From Bacillota bacterium (GTDB taxonomy: Bacteria; Bacillota; Dethiobacteria; DTU022), in NCBI GenBank assembly GCA_034189085.1, contig JAXHVH010000008.1:104-64103 (forward strand): DNA of 64,000 nt. Reading direction: 5' to 3'. Positions 31,410-40,457 of the stretch are shown one piece after another (the first letter of the stretch is position 1; each line of letters begins with the position of its first letter). The translations under genes and the position numbers were made by a program. Below the pieces are notes generated by a model. That model worked only from the letters and a program-made list of their open reading frames with translations. It was not told where the DNA came from and did no database searches.

Positions 31410-32411
31410 ATGGAAGATCTCAAGGCTGTTATTCTGGCTGCGGGAGAAGGCACAAGAATGAATTCGCAGTTGCCCAAAGTGCTGCATCGGCTCTGCGGCA
31501 GACCGATGCTTGAATATGTTTTGGAAAGCGCCGCCGCCCTGACGCCGGATATTACAATCGTCGTTGGCTGCGGCGCTTCGCTTGTTCGACAGGCCATGGG
31601 GAGCAAGTGGCGCTATGTTCACCAGGAGAAATTACTGGGGACCGGCCATGCAGTCCAGCAGGCTGTAGCTCATTTCCCGGCTTCCGGGAAAGTTCTGGTG
31701 CTCTGCGGGGACACCCCCCTGCTGGAACCCGGCTGCCTGGAGAACCTGGTAGGGAGAAGCATGGGACTGGCCGGGGTGGTTGCCACCGCGAAATTAACCC
31801 GGCCCCATGGTTATGGAAGAATTATCAGAAATAATGAAGGGCTGGTAGAACGCATTGTTGAAGAAAAAGATGCTTCTGAAAAAGAGAAAGAAATATCGGA
31901 GGTAAATACGGGCACATATTGCTTTGATCTTGCCTTGCTTAAGGAATTCCTTCCACAGCTGAACCGTGATAACGCCCAGGGAGAATATTATCTGACGGAT
32001 ATGGTTGCTTTGCTGAAGGATAATGGTTACCAGGTGGGGGCTGAATTAATCGATGATTTCCGGGTAGGCCTGGGTATCAACAACCGTATCCAGCTGGCAG
32101 AAGCGGAAATAATTTTAAGGGCAAGAATAAACAGGCGCATAATGGCTGGGGGGGTGACCATGCTTGATCCCTCCTCGGTTTTCATAGATGACGATGTTAC
32201 AATTGGTCGTGATACTGTTATCGGGCCCGGCTGCTTAATTGAAAAAGGAACGACAATCGGGGAAGAATGCCGTATCGGCCCGGGGGTTCACCTTTCTGGA
32301 GCGGTAATAGGCCATCATGTAGTTATCCAGCATGCGGTAATTAAAGCCTGTGTTGTTGAAGATGAGAAGCAGGTAGGCCCTTACATTTTCCTGGACGGCG
32401 CTTCGGGATAA
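31410..32411 (+). CDS. glmU: GlmU-like sugar-1-phosphate uridylyltransferase with C-terminally truncated left-handed beta-helix (acetyltransferase) domain
   Basis: VILAAGEGTRM…LPKVLH… NTP-transferase domain, then hexapeptide repeats that end after only about 90 aa (…VGPYIFLDGASG*). ATG 31410 follows AGGAGGG. Full-length GlmU is about 455 aa. Confidence 0.7.
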   Translation: MEDLKAVILAAGEGTRMNSQLPKVLHRLCGRPMLEYVLESAAALTPDITIVVGCGASLVRQAMGSKWRYVHQEKLLGTGHAVQQAVAHFPASGKVLVLCGDTPLLEPGCLENLVGRSMGLAGVVATAKLTRPHGYGRIIRNNEGLVERIVEEKDASEKEKEISEVNTGTYCFDLALLKEFLPQLNRDNAQGEYYLTDMVALLKDNGYQVGAELIDDFRVGLGINNRIQLAEAEIILRARINRRIMAGGVTMLDPSSVFIDDDVTIGRDTVIGPGCLIEKGTTIGEECRIGPGVHLSGAVIGHHVVIQHAVIKACVVEDEKQVGPYIFLDGASG

Positions 32412-32608
32412 ATATGGTCAATATTAATGCTGTGGAATAGGCTGCAAGGCAGGAAATTAAAACCTGTAAAGAGAAATGAGAAGAGAAATTAAATGGTGGT
32501 CAGGGGTAATTAACTATATGCACCCTGGCCCGGATCCATATTAAACTGCGTTTTAGCTAAGATTAGCCGACATTAAAAAGTAGGGACAGACTACTGGCAG
32601 GAGGGTTA

Positions 32609-33565
32609 ATGGTGGTAAACGGTGAGGAATTAAAAATATTTTGCGGCAGTGCCAACCGGGAACTTGCTGAAGAGATTGCTGATTATGTGGGAGTTCCCCT
32701 TGGTGATTGTGAAGTTAGCCGCTTCAGTGATGGTGAAATTTCCATCAGTATCAGGGAAAGTGTTCGCGGAACCAATTCATTTTTGATTCAACCACTTTGC
32801 GGGCCGATTAATGAAAGTATCATGGAGTTGTTGATAATGATAGATGCATTGAGACGTGCTTCAGCCAAGGCTGTCAATGCAGTAATCCCTTATTATGCCT
32901 ATGCCAGGCAGGACCGCAAGACCAGGGCCCGTGATCCGATTACAGCTAAGCTGCTGGCCGATTTGATCACAGCAGCCGGAGCAAACAGGGTAGTAGCCAT
33001 GGATCTGCACGCCGGCCAGATCCAGGGGTTTTTTAATATACCCCTCGATCACCTGACAGCACTGCCCATTCTGGCCAAATATTTTAAGAATAAGCAGATC
33101 GATAACGGGGTTGTTGTATCTCCCGATCTGGGCGGGGTGACCAGAGCCCGTGATCTTGCCAACCGCCTGATGATGCCCATAGCCATTATCGATAAAAAAC
33201 GTCCTGCTCCCAATCAGGCTGAGATTATGCACATTATCGGGGATGTAAAAGGCAAAACTGCTCTTTTTATCGATGATATGATCGATACCGGTGGGACTAT
33301 CACGCTTGGGGCTGAAGCCCTGATGAGAGAAGGAGCAAAAAAGGTGTATGCCTGTTGCACACATCCCGTTTTTTCCGGTCCGGCTTTGAAACGACTCAGT
33401 GATTCCTGTATCACTGAGGTCGTTTACACCAATACAATTCCTGTCGATAAAGGCCTGCTGAAAGGACTGAGAGACTGTTTCAAGGTCCTCTCGGTGGCGC
33501 CTTTGATCGGAGAAGCAATAATCCGCATTCAAAATAAAATTTCTGTCAGTGAGCTTTTTGATTAA
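32609..33565 (+). CDS. prs: Ribose-phosphate pyrophosphokinase
   Basis: …[16 protein letters not shown]…, PRPP-binding [11 protein letters not shown] / VVSPDLGGV motifs. Confidence 0.9.
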   Translation: MVVNGEELKIFCGSANRELAEEIADYVGVPLGDCEVSRFSDGEISISIRESVRGTNSFLIQPLCGPINESIMELLIMIDALRRASAKAVNAVIPYYAYARQDRKTRARDPITAKLLADLITAAGANRVVAMDLHAGQIQGFFNIPLDHLTALPILAKYFKNKQIDNGVVVSPDLGGVTRARDLANRLMMPIAIIDKKRPAPNQAEIMHIIGDVKGKTALFIDDMIDTGGTITLGAEALMREGAKKVYACCTHPVFSGPALKRLSDSCITEVVYTNTIPVDKGLLKGLRDCFKVLSVAPLIGEAIIRIQNKISVSELFD

Positions 33566-33618
33566 GTTGATCTTCGCCACTTACTGCAGTATACTATTGC
33601 AGAAGGAGGCTGGAATGA

Positions 33619-34305
33619 ATGGAAAGAATGGTTTTGGAAGCACAGGCTCGCCCGCCTTTAACCAAGGGGGAGCGCAATAAAATGCGCAGTGAGGACAAGG
33701 TTCTTGCAGTTATATATGGCAGAGGCGATGATAGTCTGCCCCTGGTTGTGGACGGTCGTGACTTAAGGCAGGTATTATCATCCGGCGGCAGCAACGTGCT
33801 GGTTGATCTGGCTGTAAAATCCAGAGGTAAGAAAACAAAGCAGGAAACGGTCATGTTTAAAGATATCCAGAGGGATATAATCGTTCAGGATCGAATTCTG
33901 CATGTTGATTTTATCAGGATCTCGATGACTGATAAAATCGAAATCTCGGTCCATCTTAATTTTGTTGGGGAACCGGCCGGAATAGCTGATGGCGGAGTTC
34001 TCTCGCTTGTGACCCGGGAAGTTGTTGTAAGGTGTCTGCCCGGTGATATCCCCGAACAGTTTGATGTTGATATTTCCGAGCTGCACATCGGAGACAGCAT
34101 CACAGCTGAGACACTGGTCCTTGAGGGGGAGATCGAATTGATTACCCCGCCGGAAACCACGCTGGCCCAGGTGCTGGCACCGATGGCTGAAGAGGAACTT
34201 GAGCCTGCTGCCAAGGAAGAACTCGAAGCAGGTGAAGAGGCAGCCGGTGAAGAAGGTGCCGAAGAAGAAACTTCTGCTGAAGAAGAGGCGGAAGAAGAAA
34301 ACTGA
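33619..34305 (+). CDS. rplY: 50S ribosomal protein L25 / general stress protein Ctc, with acidic C-terminal tail
   Basis: L25 N-domain (…VLAVIYGRG…) and beta-barrel C-domain, ending in EEEAEEEN. Order prs-ctc-pth is conserved. Confidence 0.85.
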   Translation: MERMVLEAQARPPLTKGERNKMRSEDKVLAVIYGRGDDSLPLVVDGRDLRQVLSSGGSNVLVDLAVKSRGKKTKQETVMFKDIQRDIIVQDRILHVDFIRISMTDKIEISVHLNFVGEPAGIADGGVLSLVTREVVVRCLPGDIPEQFDVDISELHIGDSITAETLVLEGEIELITPPETTLAQVLAPMAEEELEPAAKEELEAGEEAAGEEGAEEETSAEEEAEEEN

Positions 34306-34402
34306 TTTTTGCTTTAACGGTTTTACTTTCACGATGCCCCTTTCAAGAGGGGCATCGTCATATTCCAAGCAGTTAAAGGCAAGCGGGAGTGTAAAATAAA
34401 AT

Positions 34403-34981
34403 ATGAATCTCATTGTCGGGCTTGGTAATCCCGGTAAAAAATATGCCGGTACCAGGCACAATCTTGGTTTCCAGGTAATCGAAGCTTTGTCGCACCGACT
34501 GAACAGCGGTAAACCTGTCCAGAAATATCATTCTCTCTATGTTTTGACCAGGCATGAGAACGTGGAGGTAGCTCTTGCTCAACCTCTTACTTACATGAAC
34601 CTCAGTGGGAAAGCGGTGATAGAATTAGTTGCCAATTTGCATATTGAGCTGCCTGATCTGATGATTGTATGTGATGATCTTGATCTTCCTCCGGGAGCTA
34701 TCAGGCTGCGAAAAAAAGGAGGAAGTAGTGGGCACCGTGGGTTGCAGTCGATTATCGATGCTCTGGGAACGACAGAATTTTGTCGACTGCGCATTGGCAT
34801 AGGTAAGCCTTCTGGAGAGATAGATAGCAGTGAATATGTCCTGGAGCCTCCAGAGGATTATGACAAAATATTGCTCGGTGATGCTATAGATAGGGCTGCC
34901 GAAGCTGTACTTTGCTACATTGAGGACGATATTGAAAAAGCAATGAATATTTATAATAAGGGGTTGCCGGAAACAGAGTAA
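34403..34981 (+). CDS. pth: Peptidyl-tRNA hydrolase
   Basis: MNLIVGLGNPGKKYAGTRHNLGF, HRGLQS catalytic region. Confidence 0.9.
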   Translation: MNLIVGLGNPGKKYAGTRHNLGFQVIEALSHRLNSGKPVQKYHSLYVLTRHENVEVALAQPLTYMNLSGKAVIELVANLHIELPDLMIVCDDLDLPPGAIRLRKKGGSSGHRGLQSIIDALGTTEFCRLRIGIGKPSGEIDSSEYVLEPPEDYDKILLGDAIDRAAEAVLCYIEDDIEKAMNIYNKGLPETE

Positions 34982-35014
34982 TGTGATAAACTTTTTCAAA
35001 ATACATGTTATCAA

Positions 35015-35290
35015 AAAGCGATGCAGAAGGAAAGTAAGCCGGGAAAGCCGCCCCAGTAGAGAGGCTGGACCGCAGGCTGAAAGTCCGCCGGGTAGGTTCT
35101 CGACTGAAGTTCCCTTCGAAGCTTTCCGCTGAAAACTCTCCTGGGTTAAGTAGGCGTCAACGGTTCTTCCCCGTTACCGGAAGAGGGTATCGGCAATAAA
35201 TGATGAAATGCCCGTACCTGTCAAGTGGATATCAATCAATTTGGGTGGTACCGCGGAACACAATCCGTCCCTTAAGGGCGGATTTTTTAT
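35015..35290 (+). promoter_or_regulatory. T-box riboswitch leader, predicted Phe (UUC) specifier, controlling aroF-pheA
   Basis: Stem I K-turn GCGAUGCAGAAGG and AG box AGUAGAGAG. The specifier-loop region reads GAAGUUCCCUUCGAAG, with a UUC aligned to the GGC of glyQS. T-box motif AAUUUGGGUGGUACCGCGG at 35238-35256. Terminator CCGUCCCUUAAGGGCGGAU+U6 at 35263-35290. Confidence 0.8.
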
Positions 35291-35445
35291 TGATAAAGTT
35301 TGGCTGTCATCCTTACTCCTGGTTGAAAAGTTACCAGGAAGTGGATGAAACAGCTGCCTGAAAGCAACCGGTTTTGCATGAGCCTTTCCTTTCAGCAGCT
35401 GTTGGAAAACTCGCCTTTAACGGGCAGAAGAAAGGAGCAAGAACG

Positions 35446-36486
35446 ATGATAATTGTTATGAAGCAGGTTGCCAGGGACGAAGAAGTGTTAAAAGTAGAAG
35501 AAAGACTGACAGAGATGGGGTATGCCCCCCACAGGATTCAGGGGACCGAAAGGGTGGTTATCGGGGCGGTTGGGGCTAAGAAAATTATTTTACCAACCGG
35601 TTTGGAAGTACTACCCGGCGTTGAGAAGGTAGTCCCCATTACTGCTCCCTACAAACTGGTCAGTCGCCAGGCCAAGGATACTGATAGCATTGTCAGGGTG
35701 GGTGATGTTGAAATTGGCGGAAATGAAATTGTTTTTATGGCCGGTCCCTGTGCTGTGGAAAACGAAGAACAGCTTCTTACCATAGCCGGCATGGTAAAAG
35801 CTTCGGGAGCCCAGATCCTCCGTGGTGGAGCGTTTAAACCACGCTCATCTCCTTACAGCTTCCAGGGACTGGAACTGGAAGGATTAAAAATGCTTGATCT
35901 GGCACGACAGGAAACAGGTCTCAAAATAGTAACAGAAGTATTAAATCCCCAGGAGGTGGAATTAGTTGCCAGCTACGCTGATATTCTTCAGATCGGGGCG
36001 CGCAACATGCAGAACTTTGCTCTTCTGCGGGAAGCAGGACGCAGCGGGAAACCGATTCTGCTCAAAAGAGGATTGGCTGCCACCTTTGAAGAGTGGTTGA
36101 TGGCGGCGGAATACATCCTTAACGAAAACAATTTTCAGGTAATGCTATGTGAACGAGGCATCAGAACTTTTGAGACGTCTACACGCAATACCCTTGATAT
36201 CAGCGCTATTCCCCAGGCCAAGGAATTAAGCCATTTGCCGGTGATTGTTGATCCCTGCCATGCGAGCGGCAACTGGCGCCTGGCAGCCCCTTTGTCAAAA
36301 GCATCAATAGCTGCCGGAGCTGACGGTCTGATGATCGAAGTGCATAACAAACCGTCTGAAGCGCTCTCCGATGGTCCTCAATCGCTGACTCCAGAAAATT
36401 TTGACTGTTTAATTGAAATGGTGGCTCCGATTGCAGCTGCTGTTAATCGCAACATACCGCAGGCAGCGACAAAAACCAGTAAATAA
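35446..36486 (+). CDS. aroF: 3-deoxy-7-phosphoheptulonate (DAHP) synthase, Thermotoga-type with N-terminal regulatory domain
   Basis: KDO8PS/DAHPS class I-beta core (…AGPCAVENEEQ…, GAFKPRSSPYSFQG, …DPCHASG…) with an N-terminal ferredoxin-like extension of about 70 aa. ATG 35446 follows AAAGGAG. Confidence 0.85.
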   Translation: MIIVMKQVARDEEVLKVEERLTEMGYAPHRIQGTERVVIGAVGAKKIILPTGLEVLPGVEKVVPITAPYKLVSRQAKDTDSIVRVGDVEIGGNEIVFMAGPCAVENEEQLLTIAGMVKASGAQILRGGAFKPRSSPYSFQGLELEGLKMLDLARQETGLKIVTEVLNPQEVELVASYADILQIGARNMQNFALLREAGRSGKPILLKRGLAATFEEWLMAAEYILNENNFQVMLCERGIRTFETSTRNTLDISAIPQAKELSHLPVIVDPCHASGNWRLAAPLSKASIAAGADGLMIEVHNKPSEALSDGPQSLTPENFDCLIEMVAPIAAAVNRNIPQAATKTSK

Positions 36487-36494
36487 ATGGGGGA

Positions 36495-37346
36495 ATGATA
36501 TCAGTGCAGGAGAATAAAAAGCTGGCTTACCTCGGCCCGGGAGGGACATTTTCAGAAGAAGCGGCACTCTACTACAGCGCTTCATCTCAGCGGCAGCTGG
36601 TGGAGTATCCAACGATAGTAGCGGTGATTAATGCTGTTTGTGAAAAGGAGACGGACGAAGGCCTGGTGCCGCTAGAAAACAGTCTGGAAGGTGGAGTTGG
36701 GGTTACTCTTGACCAGCTGGTCAGGCAGGAAGGCCTCTATATCCGGCATGAATTGACTCGCCCGGTGAGGCAGTGTTTAATGGCCAAAGAAAAGTTAACC
36801 CTGGCACAAATTAAAATTGTCTATTCCCACCCCCATGCCCTGGGTCAATGTGCTGATTATATAGATCATCATCTGCCTCATACAGAATGTCTCCCGGTTG
36901 AAAGCACAGCAGCAGCCGCGGCACTGGCAGCCCAAAATACAGGCGCAGCGGCCATTGCTCCTGGAAGAGCGGCTGCGCTGTACAATCTTTTATTGCTGGC
37001 TGAAAACATCCAGGATAATCAGGATAACAGCACCCGCTTCATTATTCTGGCCGAAACTGATCATCCACCCACGGGAGAGGATAAAACATCGCTTGTTTTT
37101 ACCATTCCTGACGGTCCGGGCAGTTTATATAAAATCCTTGGCCACTTTGCCCGCCGGGCAATAAATTTGACCCGTATTGAGTCAAGGCCTTCAAGAAAGA
37201 TTGTCGGAGACTGGCTATTTTTTATTGATTGTGAGGGGCACCGTTTGGATTCCGGGAGAAAAGAACTCTGGGAAGAGATTGAGAAGGAAGTATCCTTCTT
37301 TAAATTACTTGGTTCTTACCCACGCAACAATTTCAATGTTCAATGA
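36495..37346 (+). CDS. pheA: Prephenate dehydratase with C-terminal ACT domain
   Basis: PDT domain (…LAYLGPGGTFSEEAA…), C-terminal ACT (…TSLVFTIPDGPGSLYKIL…ESRPS). 9 nt after the aroF stop. Confidence 0.85.
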   Translation: MISVQENKKLAYLGPGGTFSEEAALYYSASSQRQLVEYPTIVAVINAVCEKETDEGLVPLENSLEGGVGVTLDQLVRQEGLYIRHELTRPVRQCLMAKEKLTLAQIKIVYSHPHALGQCADYIDHHLPHTECLPVESTAAAAALAAQNTGAAAIAPGRAAALYNLLLLAENIQDNQDNSTRFIILAETDHPPTGEDKTSLVFTIPDGPGSLYKILGHFARRAINLTRIESRPSRKIVGDWLFFIDCEGHRLDSGRKELWEEIEKEVSFFKLLGSYPRNNFNVQ

Positions 37347-37360
37347 ATGTTATATGATTG

Positions 37361-37393
37361 GGAAGCCAGGCTGCCTGTTTCCCTTTTATTTGA
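37361..37393 (+). terminator. Terminator after pheA
   Basis: GGGAAGCCAGGCTGCCTGTTTCCC hairpin followed by TTTTATTTG. Confidence 0.55.
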
Positions 37394-37438
37394 TAAATCC
37401 TGTATGACAGTATTGGCCGGTTTCCTGATGTTTATCCA

Positions 37439-40126
37439 TTAACAAGCTAACTTTCTGATATTAACCGCACAGACTTTTAGCTCGGGGATGCCGGCAACGG
37501 GATCATGAACATCATTGGTAAGCAGGTTTGTGGCGGTTTCACGGTAATGGAAGGTCATAAATACCGTTCCCGGAGCAACTTTGTCAGTTAATCTTACTTT
37601 TGCCTGCACCTGTCCTCGCCGGGAAGTAATTTCAATCATGTCTTCATCCTGCAGGCCGAGAGCAATACCATCCTGTGGGCTAACCTGAACGAATTCTTCA
37701 GGCCGGTGCCTGGAAAGGCCCTTTGAGCGGCGGCTCATTGTTCCCGTATGATAGTGGAAAAGATGTCTGCCGGTAGTCAGGATAAAGGGATAAGTTTCAT
37801 CCGGCTCTTCAGCCGGTTTTTTGTATTCGACAGCGCTGAACAAGCCTTTACCGCGTGCAAAAATATCTTTGTGCAGATAGCAGGTCCCTTCATGCTCGGG
37901 GCTGGGGCAGGGCCACTGCAGGCTATTTGATTGCAGGCGTTTGTAACTTAACCCTCCATAGCTCGGGGTAACAGCAGCAATTTCGGCAAAAACTTCTTCA
38001 GCACTTTTATAATTCCAGGGGAAACCCATCTTTTTCCCAAGTTCGGTGATTATTTGCCAATCAGGGCGTGCTTCGCCGGGAGCCTTAACTGCGGGGTAAC
38101 TCAGTTGTACCCTGCGTTCAGTGTTAGTGTATGTGCCATATCTTTCTGCATAAGCGGCAGCCGGCAGGATCACATCAGCATAAGCTGATGTTTCGTTCAT
38201 AAAGATATCCTGGACAACTAGAAAATCAAGTTTTTCAAGTGCTTTGATTACATGTGAAGAGTTGGGATCACTGAGGATGGGATTTTCGCCCATGATGTAC
38301 ATCCCTTTTATAGATCCATCGAGTACTGCCTGGAACATGTCTGTAGCCTGCAAGCCCGGTTTATTGCTTAATTTGATCTGCCAGGTTGTTGATAGCTGAT
38401 CCATTACTTTTTTATCGCCGACTTGCTGATAGGCGGTATACACATTGGGAAGAGCGCCCATATCACAGGCACCCTGCACGTTGTTTTGACCGCGAAGTGG
38501 GTTTACGCCGGTAGAAGGACGTCCGATATTACCGGTGAGCATGGCCAGGTTGGCCAGAGAAAGAACATTGTCTGTGCCGGTAGTGTGCTGGGTTATACCC
38601 ATGGTGTAAAGAATACTGGCTTTCCCTTCCCGGGCATAGATTTTTGCAGCTTTGATTAAATCTTCCACCTTCACACCTGTTATCTTTGCGACATATTCAG
38701 GTGAATATTTTTCAACCGTTTGTTTAAATTTCTCATAGTTTTCCGTCCTGTCAGAGATAAAACTGCTGTCCATGAGGTCATTGCTGATGATGACGTTAGC
38801 AAGCCCGTTGATCAAGGCAACATCAGTGCCCGGTCTCAGGGGTAAGTGGACGGTGGCAATTTTAACGAGATCTATATTCCTCGGATCGGCAACAATCAGG
38901 GTCGCACCGTTGGCAACCGCCTGACGGATCCTGTAGCTGATCACCGGATGGGTTTCTGTAGTATTGGAGCCAATTACAAGAATTGTGTCACAGCCTGTAA
39001 TTTCTTCAATACTGTTTGTCATCGCTCCGCTTCCGAATGCTCTGGCCAGACCGGCCACAGTTGGAGAGTGTCAAAGCCGTGCACAGTGATCGATATTATT
39101 GGTCCCGATTGAGCGCATCAGCTTTTGTATCAGGTAGTTGTCTTCATTGCTCGCTTTTGCCGAGCTCAAAGCAGCAATAGCATCTGCGCTGTAATTTTCT
39201 TTTATTGTGCTCAGTTTCTCTGCAACGAAATCAAGAGCCTCGTCCCATTCAGCCTCGACAAAAACGCCCTCTTTTTTTAGCAACGGCTTAGTCAGTCTGT
39301 CTTCACTCTGAATATAGTCCCAGCCAAAGCGCCCCTTGGTGCAAAGATGCCCGCGATTGACCGGGCTGTCGGGATCAGGGGAAGCGTCGATTATTTTACC
39401 ATTTTTGACATGTAGATATACTGAACATCCTGTTCCACAATAGGGGCAGATTGTTTTTATTTTTTCAATTTCCCAGGGACGGCCTTGCCCCAGGCCGGCT
39501 TTAGGAATTAATGCCCCCACCGGACAGTTATCCACACACATCCCGCAGAATACACAGGACGAGTTCTCGATTGGATCTCTATAAGGGGGCGCTACAATCG
39601 TATCAAAACCCCTGTTTATAAAATCAATAGCTCCTGCTCCGACAATTTCCTGGCATTTGCCCACGCAGATGCCACATAAGATACATTTATTCATATCGCG
39701 AATAAAAAATGGGTTGGTATCATCCGGGGGCAACTTTTTGACCTCACCAACAAACTCGCTTTCAGAAATTCCGTAGCGGTAGCAGTAATCCTGCAGTTTG
39801 CAGTTACCCGTCCGTTCACAGGTGATGCATTCCAGCGGATGGTTGGCAATCATTAAACTTAGGACATTTTTACGGGCACTGACCACTCTTTCCGACTCAG
39901 TATAGACTACCATCCCTTCCATGACTGGAGTAACGCAGGATGCCACTAAATTTTTTGCCTTTTCTACTTCTACGACACATATCCGGCAGGCTCCATTTGG
40001 TGGAAGTTCAGGATCATAACACAAAGTGGGGATGTCAATACCCTGCTGCCTTGCTGCTTCCAGGATTGTTGTTCCTGCTGGGACTGAAATTTTCTGACTA
40101 TCAATAGTTAAATTTACCTTTGACAT
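37439..40126 (-). CDS. fdhA: Formate dehydrogenase alpha subunit (molybdopterin, NAD-type FdhA), selenocysteine-containing (UGA at 39071-39073)
   Basis: One ORF interrupted only by in-frame TGA. The UGA sits at the canonical FDH position (…[30 protein letters not shown]…). A SECIS-like hairpin GUGGCC-GGUCU-GGCCAG lies 12-28 nt downstream. N-terminal 2Fe-2S and 4Fe-4S cysteine clusters precede the MopB domain. ATG 40126 follows GAGGGA. Confidence 0.85.
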
Positions 40127-40457
40127 ATAATATCCCTCATCAAAAATTTGAATATCTAACTTAACTGATAATATCATATATTTTTTTTAATTTAAAGCTG
40201 CTTTTACTTTATTGTTCAGGCTTTGCTTATCCCCGACCCGCCTGCAACGTAAAAACAAAAAGGCCTGATCACCATATCATAATAGCAGTAAATAATGGTT
40301 ACCCGATGGTTGTGTCAGATATGGATCGTGAATCAGCCGGGTCTGTTGACGTCTTACCCCGGACCGGTTATAATTTTAACTGTTATCACGGGGGGATCAT
40401 GGTAGTCCTCCCCTTTTGTGCTGTACCGAACAGTTTTTTGGGAAAGGAGCATTTACT

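Noticed and set aside
33615-33680. Alternative ATG at 33615 for ctc, with better SD spacing
   Set aside because: That frame terminates after 21 codons. The L25-homologous frame starts at 33619 or 33628.
37439-40177. Formate dehydrogenase appearing as two ORFs split by a stop codon (possible pseudogene)
   Set aside because: The stop is TGA at the canonical FDH selenocysteine position, followed by a SECIS-like hairpin. Interpreted as a Sec codon, not gene decay.
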